From contig NEEC01000008.1 of assembly GCA_002189035.1 (NCBI GenBank), positions 1,550,001-1,614,000 on the forward strand: DNA of 64,000 bases, given 5' to 3'. The stretch comes from Utricularia gibba (taxonomy: Eukaryota > Plantae > Magnoliophyta). Below the pieces are notes generated by a model. The model had not been told where the DNA came from and did not search any database. It saw only the letters and a list, made by a program, of their open reading frames with translations. Each line of letters opens with the position of its first letter. The first letter of the stretch is position 1. A program made the translations under genes and the position numbers. Below are positions 48,703 to 61,020 of the stretch, piece by piece.

Positions 48703-51700
48703 CTAAGAATGCAACAACTCCTGGTCTCGTAATGTTGATGGAGGGGGAGGCAGCACCTTCTTGGCGAAGGCGAATGCATTAGGTAGACCTGATACCATCG
48801 GCGTGGTAACAATTGGTGCATCCAACACTGAATCCGGTATTGCAACAAGGGTTTCCTCCAAAAATGAATCAACCGTCTGCAAGTTCAAAAACCAAGTCAT
48901 TCTAGGATTTGTAAGACTTGAGCACGAGAGGAGAAAGAGACAATTTAAAATCTGGAAAAAAAGCCTCCTATTGTGTTCAGAGACTGCATCGGATACATGT
49001 CCCTATATTTCAACAGCTTCAAAATTGAACCCATACATGGTGTAATAAATATTAAGCATCAACTTGCGTCCCTTCAAGCAGTTTGTTGAAGAGAACAGAA
49101 GGTCAAAGAAGCTTGAAAATAGTTAACAACAATATAGAAGGCAACGGTTTTGATTTGATACTATTCAAACACAGCTAATAGGAATTCGTCCTTGCCTAGA
49201 AGCAGTTTGAAAATGTGCATAAACTCTGCAGCAGAAATGTTTTGATGACTCACCGAGCATCTAAGGAAAGCAGCATCAGCTTTTCGTTTCCAAAGGCCAT
49301 TCCCAGGCTCCGAGTGGAAAAAACCAAGCAGAGGCTGGATGAGCACGTAGAAGTAGAGAAATGAGGATTATATGGCTATGCAATTCAAAACAGGTGCGTG
49401 TCATCTGTTCTTTGGATAAGGAAACCATACCTTCATCAATTCACGAACGTTTGGTTCACAGCCATACATTCCCACGACTGAATTAGCATATGCTTTGTAT
49501 TTTTCAAGGACCTACATGGAAGAAAGAGTACTTGGATTCAACCAACTAAGAAAATGCCCCAGCATGAGAAGGATAATATCGCATGTCACTAGAACAACCT
49601 GCCTGCGGGTCAGTGTGCTTGGTGGCGCTCCATATATTGCACTGTCAACGTGAGCTAAAAGATTCCATGAACTGAAAATGTCACAAATTTTCAGGAAATC
49701 TTAAACGGATCAAAGTACAGGTACCAGAGAACCACTTTTGAAAACCATGATAGGGAAGTGAAAATACAGGGCACACACTTGTTGTAAGCTGCACGCCCAA
49801 CCATGACTCCGTGAGCCCCCTCGTTTAAGGCTGAAACAACCTAGAAGTAAAAAGGTCAAAAAAGAATCAGCATATCTCGTGGATTTTCCTGGTAAATGAG
49901 GCAATATATGGTCATTTGGATAAATGATCTGGAAATTCAGAATAAAAGGGGTAGTGAAAACCAGAACCACCAAATGCTGTATTTACAAAAAGTCGCTAGG
50001 TGCAAACCCTCATTTATGCAAAATATGATCCCTGGACCTCTATCATGAATTTCACAACGTTGAATATCGAGCACTGTATAAAAACCACAATACACACCTC
50101 ATCAATCAAGTTTAATCCACCATTAAGTGTAAATTTTAAATGGGGAAATCACGAACAAGAGCATAGTAGTACTCATATCTGCAAAAGTAACAAAACCATA
50201 AAATTGTGATACCGAAATACAAGTTTATAGTGTCTAAGGACATAGATAAAGAACAAAAAAAGGTGCTGATGATAGTAATGCAAGAAAATTTGCATTGATA
50301 AATAATGAAGTGACCAAAATACTACAATGAATGTGTGTGTACTTTAAAGGCGGAATTGATCTATTTTGTCTGGGAGTGAGCCGTTTCAGTAATCCCTTTC
50401 GTGAGTGTATTATGAAATGCTTTGTTGGTGACCGAGATGACACTTTATATATAAAATCACCTACATGAAAAAGAAAATACATTGTGAATATTCTCTCTTG
50501 CGAATATTGGATTCCTCATAGTAAAAATACATACTAAAATCATGCTACATGCATAACCATCAAAACGAGCGAACAAACATATATGATTAACATGCGTTAG
50601 GCGTCAGATTTTATGAAGCTCTAAAGGTAGAAAGAAACTGCCAAAGAAAAATCATTTTCCATACGCGCATAGAAGATAATTTCCAGCATTTATTGGCATC
50701 ATGACACTCACACAGCTGATCATATGAATCATGGCTATCAACTCCAATTCGGCATTTGACGCTTACAGGAACATTTGAGTTTGCAGAAATTACAGACATG
50801 GCATCAGCAACAAACTTCCCTTGTTTAAAGCCAAAACAACCAAATAAGAGCTCTTTCTTAAGGGAGTGTACTATAAAACTAGTCAAGACCTATTTCAAAA
50901 CCTCAGGATCAAGCATAAGCTGGAGTCCAAAACACCCTTTTCCAGCAACCTTTGGACTTGGACATCCGCAACTGTTTAATTGAAGTGTCTTATAATATAA
51001 ATGAGAAAAGCTGCTACAGAATCAAAGGATGGATCAGAGTAAGAAAAAAACTTGAAATTGATCTCATCATATCCATAGGAGCTTGCAAGTTGAGTTGCTT
51101 TAGCAATGTTTTGCAAATCACTTCCACCAATCTGAAGAACTATGGGATGTTGATCTTGACCGAAAGCCAAAAACTTGTCCTAAAAAATGTGAAGAAAGCA
51201 ATCATAGTCAAGAAATATTGTCAGGAGTAAAGATACCGAATGGGGGTCAATGCTGTTCATGTCACCATAATGCAGAAACTGGAAAGATTTTAACATTGAT
51301 TCAAGCATGGGTGCAGCAGATAAATTCCTCAAAACACCAGAAAATCATCCTACATTCGTTCCTTTATGGGCGAGCATCAAGTATGCCAAGAACTTTCAAT
51401 TCAATCCATTGGCACAAAAGACCAGATCGCATTAACAGACATAAGGTTAAGAAACTCTCTGCAGTGGAATAGCAAAAAATTCCAAATGTATGATTCTAAC
51501 ATCCCTCGTGGATTTAATTTACCAAGCCAATGACTTCCCATTCCAAGTTTATCAGTCAAAAAATACCAACTCAGTATGTATACAAGAAATGATTCGAATA
51601 TACAATAATGAAAGTATGCGCAACAGAAACCAATACAAAAACATATATAAAAAAACCCACTCTCGAAACATACCAAATTGTCCTTCTGATGTACAATGGT

Positions 51701-51932
51701 TTCAGCAGCAAGCATTTCTGTATACAGCCAAACATGCCTTGATATCAAACGAGCCAAAGTCCTGAAGTGATTATTTGTGCATTCCATCATTGGAGCAATA
51801 CTGCATTTCAAACACAGAGAACAATGCATGTCAACAAATCAACTAGCATGCTTTTATGGGCGACCAAATGCTTAGAAATCAGAAGTGAGATCTACCTAAA
51901 CAATGGGGTGGATAGCGATTGGCAACCATCAT
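48703..51932 (-). CDS. tRNA-dihydrouridine synthase, DusA-type, about 12 exons; apparent -1 frameshifts at 51905-51908 and 50142-50145; may extend further 5'
   Basis: FSIAPMME.T.NHFRTLARLIS..VWLYTEM, PIVLQIGGSD, the catalytic INFCGCPSPKV-type motif, PVSVKCRIGVD, HFIIHSRK, NRSIPPLKYEY, NGG and HGVMVGRAAY. Confidence 0.92.
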
Positions 51933-52900
51933 AGAATGTTTATTGAGCTGGAAAATGCCTGCAATAATGGCAATTTTTGAGGCTTCAATAACTCAAGTGT
52001 CTACTACGACTTACAATGATTTTTCAGTACGAATCAAGGAACAGAAATTACAAAAACCAACTTTATTTCAGACAAAACTCCCCTCTAGACCGTGACAGCT
52101 TGCTCCCTTAAAAAGAAAACCATAAAAAAAATCCTTTTTTCTCGAGGAGAAAAACCACATGAAGAAAATATAAAGATCACCATCCCAAACCATCACAGAT
52201 CAGAAAAAAATTCATGAGATTCTTTAAGGTGTTTTATTCTCTTCTTGCTTTTTTTTCTTTTATAACGGCTCTAACAGCACATTGAGCTATGACTAGCGGA
52301 TTCCACGTTGTCTGAAAAGAAAAAAAAAAACGAAAGTTACAAGAAGCCGAAAAAAAAATTTGACAGAAACTTGCATTCATCGTATCGAGAAAGGAATTAC
52401 AAGGAGTAGCGGAGCGGTGAATCGACGATGACTAGTTAGGGCCGTCTGATTCGCGCCGCCTAGCGGGAATTCTGCCGGACGAAAGGAGAGACACGAAGTC
52501 TCTAGATATATACTTTCCAGTGATTAAAAAAAAAGCAATGAATTTTACAAATATTTAGAAGCAAAAAATATCGAATAATAATAATAAAAAAAGATAAAAC
52601 AAAAACAAAAAGAAGGAAGCATTTTGCTGAAACCGTTATTCATGAAGGATTGACTATTCACAGGTTTTCGGTTTTCATTGGGCTTTGGCCATGCAGGGGA
52701 ACTCCCGAAATAGGGAAACTGCAATCTCAACCTTCCCCGAATCGCCATTTGAGAAGGTGGAGGTTGTTCAATGACCTCCGGCGACATCTTTGTTGGAAGA
52801 TTTTTCATCAGTTTTAGATAACCGTGGGTTCTCGATCGTCTGAAGAATGTGAATTCGACTCAATTTCAGATAGTTTCAGAAGCATTGTTTTCGGGGGTAA

Positions 52901-55900
52901 ATGGGGGTGATTTGCAAGGGAATGATCCCATTCCATGACAGTCTCTGTATTTGCTGTCCTGCTTTGCTGCCTCGATCCCGCCACTCCGTCAAGCGATACA
53001 AGAAGCTGTTGGCTGATATATTTCCTAGAAACATGGTGTGTACCGTAGTCTGACATTTTCGTGGAAGCCATTTTCTATATTTACATATTGCCTTGCTTGA
53101 AATGAATACATTGCGTCTTTCTAGATACTATCGGGCATTTCAATATTTACTGCTTTCAGTAAAGGTTAATTAATGTGACTATCCGACTGCAAGTGTCTCT
53201 CATCACGCAATGTGAAGAAAAGTAGGAAGCGTTTAGTTAGGGATATTCACTCGTGCAATATCAAGAAAAATGCCTTTGTTACATGTAGTGTTTGTATCTT
53301 ATGCTAGTGTACTGCCAATTTCATTGAGTTTGTTTCTTTTTTCTTTCTTATTTTTTATAGGTGGAAGAATCTAGTGATCGAAAGATCAGCAAGTTGTGTG
53401 AATATGTTTCAAAAAATCCTCTACGGGTCCCTAAGGTTAGACCGGTCATACAAGACCCATGAACTTCTTTTTTGCGTAGTTATGATAAACTATTCACATT
53501 TAATGGTGCCTTTTCATTTGTCTCCAACTGGGTGTGTTCATATGGAAACATGCATATATGAATCATTTTTATTTCTTTGTTTACTGTTGAAGAAAGGAAA
53601 AAAAAAACTAGCTGAAAAAGGCCTCATTTTATTTTTCAAGTTTCCTTAAGCTTCTGAAACCCAAAAATGTTTATTAGCATTTAGAAAATGTTGGTCTCAG
53701 ATTTTTTCTATCACACCAATGCAGGGGCGTTGCTTTGACATGTACTGTTAAGGAAACTAGTATTGATTTTTCGCTTTGTACTGACCAGATTACAAGTATA
53801 CTTGAAGAAAAATGTTGTCGAGCTGTGAGGAATGAGAATCTTAAGTATGTAAGGGTTGTGATGTCTGTCTACCGGAAGCTGGTTTTGTCTTGCCCACAAC
53901 AAATGTAAGTTCTTCAACCCACCACTTATGCTCCTAGCTATTTTTTTTCATGTATCTAACTAAAATATTGATGTCAGGTCTTTGTTCTCTGCAAGCTTCC
54001 TGAACATGATAAATATTTTGCTTGATCAAACAAAGCATGATGAGATGAGAATTATTGGCTGCCACTCTCTTTTTGACTTCATAAATAATCAGGTTTTTTT
54101 TATACTTCAGTTTGTCACATACAGTGCCTTTTTCACTAAACTAACGTGATTCTTTCTCTCTAGAGAGATGGCACATATATGTTCAGCCTGGAAGGTTTGA
54201 TCCCAAAACTTTGTCTTCTAGCTCAAGAGGATGGTAACGATGAAAGGATGCTGCAATTACGTTGTGCGGGACTTAAAGCTCTGTCTTCTACAGTATGCTA
54301 CTGCACTTTGCTTTCTCTATAGCCATATTGAATTGCTACGGTTCATGAGTTTTTCTGCTGGCATTTTATGCCAATGTGAACTCATCAGCTGGTTTTAATC
54401 AGGTCATTAGTTGGTCCTGTTTCTTCATTCACTAGGAGTATGCTTTATGAATTTTTTGCTCTTGCACACAAAGACTCATGAATATGATACCTTCAAAGTC
54501 ATTAGAGCATTTTGGAATCTATTGTGGAAGAATTTTTGATAGCTTCAATTGACATTCTTATTTATTGAATAATTGCTGATCTTAACTTTCATTTCAAGTG
54601 TGTATTAATTAATGTACCTTTTTAATTCATAGATTTGGTTCATGGGAGAATTCTATCACATTTCAAGCGACTTGGAAAATGTGAGTTACACCTGAGTTTC
54701 TTATCAGCTTTAACTTGTTTGATAAATCAGGTATGGCGATGTTTTGAAGAGTATGGCATTTTGCTGCTTCAACATCTGCATGGTGCCTTACGGATATATT
54801 CATCAGTATGTTGTATGTTAAGTAGGCTGGTCATGCATGATTTCTAAAGACTTTAGCAAAGTCCATAAAGAATAGAATTTTTTTTTGTATGCTTTTTCAT
54901 GCTTCGTTTCTATGTATCGTTACTGAAAATTTATTTTATGTTGACACTATCTCATAGCTATTTTTCCCATGTCCTAGATTTAATATATTTTCTAATTTAC
55001 TCATGATTGTTCAAATACAAGGGTTCAGGTTGTCTCTGCTGTTCTGGGAAATTGTCTAGAACCCGAAGATGCTGATAAAAATGAATGCCAAGAAGAGATC
55101 AAAGCTGTAAACAATGATAATGCAGAAATTATGAAAAGAGCTATTTCATGGACACGGATTGTCAATGGGAGAGATTATTTAACAACGTAGTTCCTTTCCT
55201 TGCATTTATATCCTTGCATTGTATCTGCAGATGATTTAATACTTTATTAACCAAGATTGTCTGTTTTGGTCGGATCAACCAGAGTTGACGATGGAAGCAC
55301 CAAATTCTGGTCAAGAGTCTGCTTGCACAACATGGCAAAATTGGCCAAAGAGGCTACTGTTATTCGACGTGTTTTTGAATCTCTATTCTGCTACTTTGAT
55401 TGTGGCGATCTTTGGTCCCCTGCTAATGGGCTTGCTCTTCTTGTGTTACTTGATATGCAGTCAATGGTGGAAAACTCTGGTTGCTAATTTCTCTGTTTAT
55501 GTGTTGTGTAGGATTGCTATACTTTCGTAGAGTGATGCATTTGTTATCTGAATATGGTGTCATTTCTCTCTCCATGCAGGACATAATTCTCATCTCTTAC
55601 TGTCTACCCTAGTCAGGCATCTTGATCATAGGAATGTTCAAGAAAACCCCCATTTGCAGATAGACATTGTTCAAGTTGCTATTTCACTAGCTCGTGTAGC
55701 CAAGGCCCAACCTTCTGCAGCTATTATTGGTGCATTCTGCGATGTGATGAGACATTTGAGGAAAAGTATAAGCTGCTCTCTTGCTGATTCTAGACTTGGG
55801 GAGGAAGCAAGTCAACAAAATAGGAAATTTCAATCAACAATGGATGAGTGCCTTGTTCAACTATGCTATAAGGTTATAATTCTTTCTCAAGTTTAGAAAT

Positions 55901-58811
55901 TATTATACAATTTAAAAAATCGTTATGCTCTATCTGGTCATATGATGTTTGGGCAAAATGACTTAAAATATCCTTTGTGAAACAGATAGGGGATTCTAGA
56001 CCCATTCTGGATGCAATGACTTTGATGCTGGAGAACACATCTAATATACCTATTATGGCTAGAAATACTATTGCAACTGTCCAACGTGTCGCTCATGTTA
56101 TTGCTTTCTTACCAAATCCGTCATCTAAGAACAAGGTACAAATGCTGCTTTATATGCTGAATTACATTGATGTTGACAATAATATTGAATTATGTGTTGT
56201 ATCTCAGCCTTTTCCCGAAGCACTATTCCATCAAGTACTCTTCGCAATGGTTTCTTCAGAACATGAAACAAGGATTGAGGCCAATCGCCTTTTTTCTGTT
56301 GTGCTTGAGCCAACCTCTTTCTGCCATTCTGATTTAAACAGACAATGCTCAAACAATCATGCTGAATCAAAGTTGACTCTATCAAGTTCATCTTCTTCCA
56401 TTTCTTCTTCAGCTTTTATACCTGAGAGAGTAAGAAAAGAGAATGGTTGTAAATATGTAGATCAAATCTTCGAAACTTTACCTGATTCCAAAGAAAAGTC
56501 CAGAGACCTCACACGAATAACATCTGGATGTGATCGAAATCTCTCCATCAAAAGGGATTCTTTGGCCCGATTCCATGGAATATGGACAAAGAAGTGGTAG
56601 TTGGAACTTATTACATTACTTTTCTTTTTTATATAGCACTGTTTCTTCTCAGTGAAGTGGTTACACCCATGCTTACTTCTTTTTCAGAATGGATTGTACT
56701 TTAAATTGAAAAGTCGGCATATCAGCCTCTTGCTTTCGTCAATATGGGTGCAGGCAATGTTTCACTCAAACACTCCAGCGAACTATCAAGCAATTGCTCA
56801 TACATTCAGCTTGCTGATATTGCTTTCACGAGGCAAGGTACTTATTAGTATGGATGTTTATGAGCTTATTAAATGTTATATCCTGACGTATATCTTTGTT
56901 TGTATTTTTGGAACAACAACAAAAGATTAGTAGTATAAAATTATGAAAACAGAAGTCTACTGAAAATTGATGTCAGTACTGTATTGTGGGATTAAGGCAA
57001 TCATTATTTCCGTTGTCACAATAGCCTATGCATTGTAACACGAAGGTAATGTATATATTCTTAACTCTAACTTTTCTCTCAGAAGTCTAGGAATGATATT
57101 CTCATCCGCAGCTTTCAGCTTGCATTTTCTTTAAGGAGAATATCTCTTAAAGGAGGTCAGTGCAAATTAATAGAGTTAGGTTGTATATATTTCCGATTAG
57201 CTATGATTTTCTGAAAATATTGATATATTCTTAAATGGATGCTACTGGTGGTGCATGATTGTGCTCTAAAGAATTGCAGTAAGATAAATATAGGTTAACA
57301 GATCCCCTAGAATATCAGCTAGAAGGATGCAATGAGAGAATGGATCCAATATCTGCAATTTCTACTTGAAATCCTGTATTATGTTGTGAAATATCTGTCA
57401 AGGTTCATGAATCTTGTGCATTTTATAGGTTCTCATCAACCATCTCAATGTAGATCTTTGTTTGCCTTGGCGACCTTGATGATCTATTTGCTGTCAAAAG
57501 AATACAACATCCTTCCGCTTATCAATGCTGCAAGGGCTTCATTAAGAGATTTAGTGAGCATTACACCATACTCCTATTTTCATGAGCCCTTTGATTATGT
57601 CCATTAAATTTTTAGCTTCAAAGCTGCAAGATTTGTTCCTGGTTTTCATCAGCTGGTGATACCCAACAGGTTGATCCATTTCTTCATTTGGTAGATGACT
57701 GCAAGCTGCTTGCCATAGATCAGATAGTAACTTCAGATGGGGCAGTTAGAGCTTATGGGTCAACAGAAGATGATGAAGATGCATTAAGCTCACTTTCAGC
57801 GATAAAACTTTGTGATGATCAATCTGCAGAATCCTTTTCTCCCATTATTGTGGACTCTATGGGCAACCTATCAGATGTAGTCCTTTGTCTAACTTGGCCA
57901 TTTAAAAATCTTGTCTCCCCCTTAATATGATGCAGTGGTGTTTGAAATATGCATTCTATGTGAAGGTTGAGTCATGCAATACAAAGGAACAACTTCTTAG
58001 AGATTTTCTCCCTGATGATGTTTGTCCTCTAGGAGCTGCCTTGGTTAAAGAAGCTCCTGATAATGGTCATGAAGACAATGAAGAGGCGGTAATGAACTTT
58101 TCCATTTCCTAAATTATCTTCCATATCGAAACATACATCATGCATATATGAAATGTAGCACATTGCAGATTCATCATTCCATTGTTACCACAAGTGGTGA
58201 CCTTATCCACTCATTTTCACATCAAATGGATTCCTCACAACCCACGCTCGAAAGCCCTTCTCTAGTGAGTGTGCATCAATTTTTGGACATGGTAAGAGTT
58301 CATGCAAGCAAATCTTCTTCTCGTAAAAACATTCTCCCAAGCATTCTTTCATCACTCATTCACATGTAAATCTTTTCCTTGCTGAGTGTAAATCAGGTGT
58401 CTGAAACAGAAAAAGAAGTGGTAGAGTTGATGCCCTCCACCAATTCCAGCATCCCCTACAAGGATAGGGCAAACCACTGTGAGACCCTTCAGATTGGAAA
58501 ACAGCAGCTTGTATCCAATCTCCTGGCTTTGGGTTCCAATCCTGGGAAGACCCCAACACATGACAGGCCCTCCTGCTCAAGTCCTCAGGCAGTAAATTGT
58601 TTACTTGGTGCTTTCCATTTTGATCGCCCCTGTTGCTTACATACTTGACGCTTGAAAGCATGTTGCCAAAAAACAAGTCTTATTGCTAATGCAGGCTTCA
58701 CTGGACAATCATGCACCCGTACAATGCACTGGTGAACTTGTGGGCCAACGGGACTTCCATTTTCCAACCGCAAGTCCGTACGACAACTTCTTGAAAGCTG
58801 CTGGAGGATAA
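52901..58811 (+). CDS. EFR3-like ARM-repeat protein (SEMI-ROLLED LEAF 2 family), many exons
   Basis: MGVI...SLCICCPAL..RSRHSVKRYKKLLADIFP, DRKISKLCEYVSKNPLRVPK, FWSRVCLHNMAKLAKEAT, PFPEALFHQVL, FLPDDVCPLG and the conserved end TASPYDNFLKAAGG* (58809-58811). The exon phases I checked were consistent. Confidence 0.94.
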
Positions 58812-59174
58812 GGATGATCTCAAACAACATATGGCGTATGTATCAGAGATGTATATGAGTTGTTATTCTCACTGTCTTCCTCGCCCTCAACGGCTAATAT
58901 CACAAGTCCCAATAATTAAAATGCATAAATACTTCATCCTTAAATTAGAAACTCATCCTGGTTTATAGGTCTTAATTGGGTTCCTTTTTTAGAATTGAAT
59001 GGGCGGGTTGAACCGGTTAAATCGGACGAATCCGTTTTCTGAACACGAGGGTCCTTCAAGGCATTGGGTAATCAGGGAAGCTTTTCGATACGAGTGTGAA
59101 GATTCTAAAAGGGATTCATTGGAAGGGCTCTTCTTTCCGGAAGAACACGGAACCCTAGGATAGATTCAACAAGG

Positions 59175-59984
59175 ATGGACAGAAAAGTTTTGTTGGGGAA
59201 AAACGACATCGACGATGTCCGCTGGCTTTGCTCTCTGTCTGAGGCTGAGCTTGTAAGTGCTCTCTATTTCCTCCTTTTTGTTCTCAATTGAACGCAAAAA
59301 ATGTGAATGGCGTTAGGAAGTGTGTGTTGTCGAACAGGATTTGTTGATGGTATTGAGGAGCATCGTCGATATGCGTTCAAAGCAGATTGGCCACGAGGCA
59401 TTAGCGAAGTATTTCGACTTGAGAATGATCCGCACTTTTGGTAAGCGTTTTTACTCAAAAGATGTCTTCTTGCAAATATTCAACAAAAATTCATGATTTT
59501 AAGATAATCATATGTAAACTGAAGTTTCCCAGAGCTCAAGTGTGTACTAATCTGATGTAAGTTCCAGGGTCCCTTTTCATGGAGCATTTGAAAGGGGAGC
59601 TACAATCGGTGCCTGGGGCTTCGACTATCGACTGTAACTTGTCAAAGCAACAACTTTGTGATACTTTTGCCAGCATGAAAGAGGAGGAGTTGTATTCTTA
59701 CATATGTAGCGATGACAGGAAGAGAATAAGGGAAATGTGAGTGACATTTATCAAACTATGCTGTTTTTGTTGGAACTGTTTCAGCATGTTATGTTGCTGT
59801 TAATTCTTTATGGAAACCTACAGCCCTGCTCTCTCTTTAGTCTCCCCGTTAGATGCTTAAACCATCAGTTGGAATGAGTATTCTTGCGGTAGCTTTTGTT
59901 TACTTTTCCTAACCAATCTCCTGCTTCTGTTGCAGGTTTTTTGATGACATGCCCCAACCCAAGAAGCCCAGATTGGAAGAATGA
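59175..59984 (+). CDS. Small uncharacterised conserved plant protein, 4 exons
   Basis: Spliced reading MDRKVLLGKNDIDDVRWLCSLSEAEL|DLLMVLRSIV...FDLRMIRTF|GSLFMEHLKG...|MFFDDMPQPKKPRLEE*. It has canonical GT-AG sites and matching phases. Confidence 0.8.
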
Positions 59985-60516
59985 AGTTCTCAGCACCGTC
60001 TCTGACGCCATTGGATTCCTGAAAGATAAACCTTGACTTAGAATGTATGTATCCATTTCTGATGCCAAGTATGAGATAAAACAAACATGGATTGGCGCCG
60101 ATAATGTTGAGCAATATCTAACTGCAGGTGTGTTCCTTGGCCTGTGGATTTTTGGCATTTTATTGATGGCACAAACTGCTCTAATTTAGGGGTACACAGA
60201 AATGCCACTCTAATGGTATGAAAAAAAAATTAAATGTTCATTCCAAAATTGTAAGTGATACATGAAATATATTTCTTCTTGTTATATATTGGCAATGCAA
60301 AGTATCAAATATGAATTTCTGAAAAATGATAAAGAATATAGAAATAGAGGCATGTAAAGAATTTTCAACAATTTAAAAAAATGAAATCTTAATATGTTCA
60401 CAAGAAAAAATGAATGCCATTGGTATATGAAAATTTTAATGGCTAATTTGTGAAATATGATTATAACCAAAATAATGTCTGAAATCAATTATCAAATCCG
60501 TTAATGAATATAGTTT

Positions 60517-60591
60517 TATATCATTTATAATTTTTTACAATAATTATATCATTTATAATTTTTTACAATAATTAAATCATTTTAATTTTTT
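60517..60591. repeat. 28-bp tandem repeat, about 2.6 copies
   Basis: TATATCATTTATAATTTTTTACAATAAT at 60517-60544 and 60545-60572, followed by a degenerate partial third copy. Confidence 0.9.
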
Positions 60592-61020
60592 ATTCATTTG
60601 TCAGATGACCGCAGAGGCAGGGCAGGCCCATTATATGTTGGCCCATATCCAATAACTTCCCCACCTTTACAAGTCAGAGAAGAGGCAGCCCAGTAGCTTC
60701 TCCTTGTTGAAAGGCAGGAAACTGGCGTATCGCGAGGAACTCAGAACATATGGCGGGTGAAGCTATATGCCAGAGACGGAGCACCCTCGCAGTCCGCTGC
60801 CAAGGAATTGCCGGCTTGTTGCTTGCATTGAATTGTTCTGCCGTGCGGTTGATTCTCCTATTCTAACGATGAGCAGCGCCGCCCCATAAGGTTGCTTATT
60901 TCTGTCGCAGTTCTAATTACAAGCATCCCTGGGAAAATTCTTTATCTTCGCCGATACGGGTAATGATAATTCCCACATTGTGTTAGGCATTCGAAAATCA
61001 CTTATTTCCCTATCCTCAAA

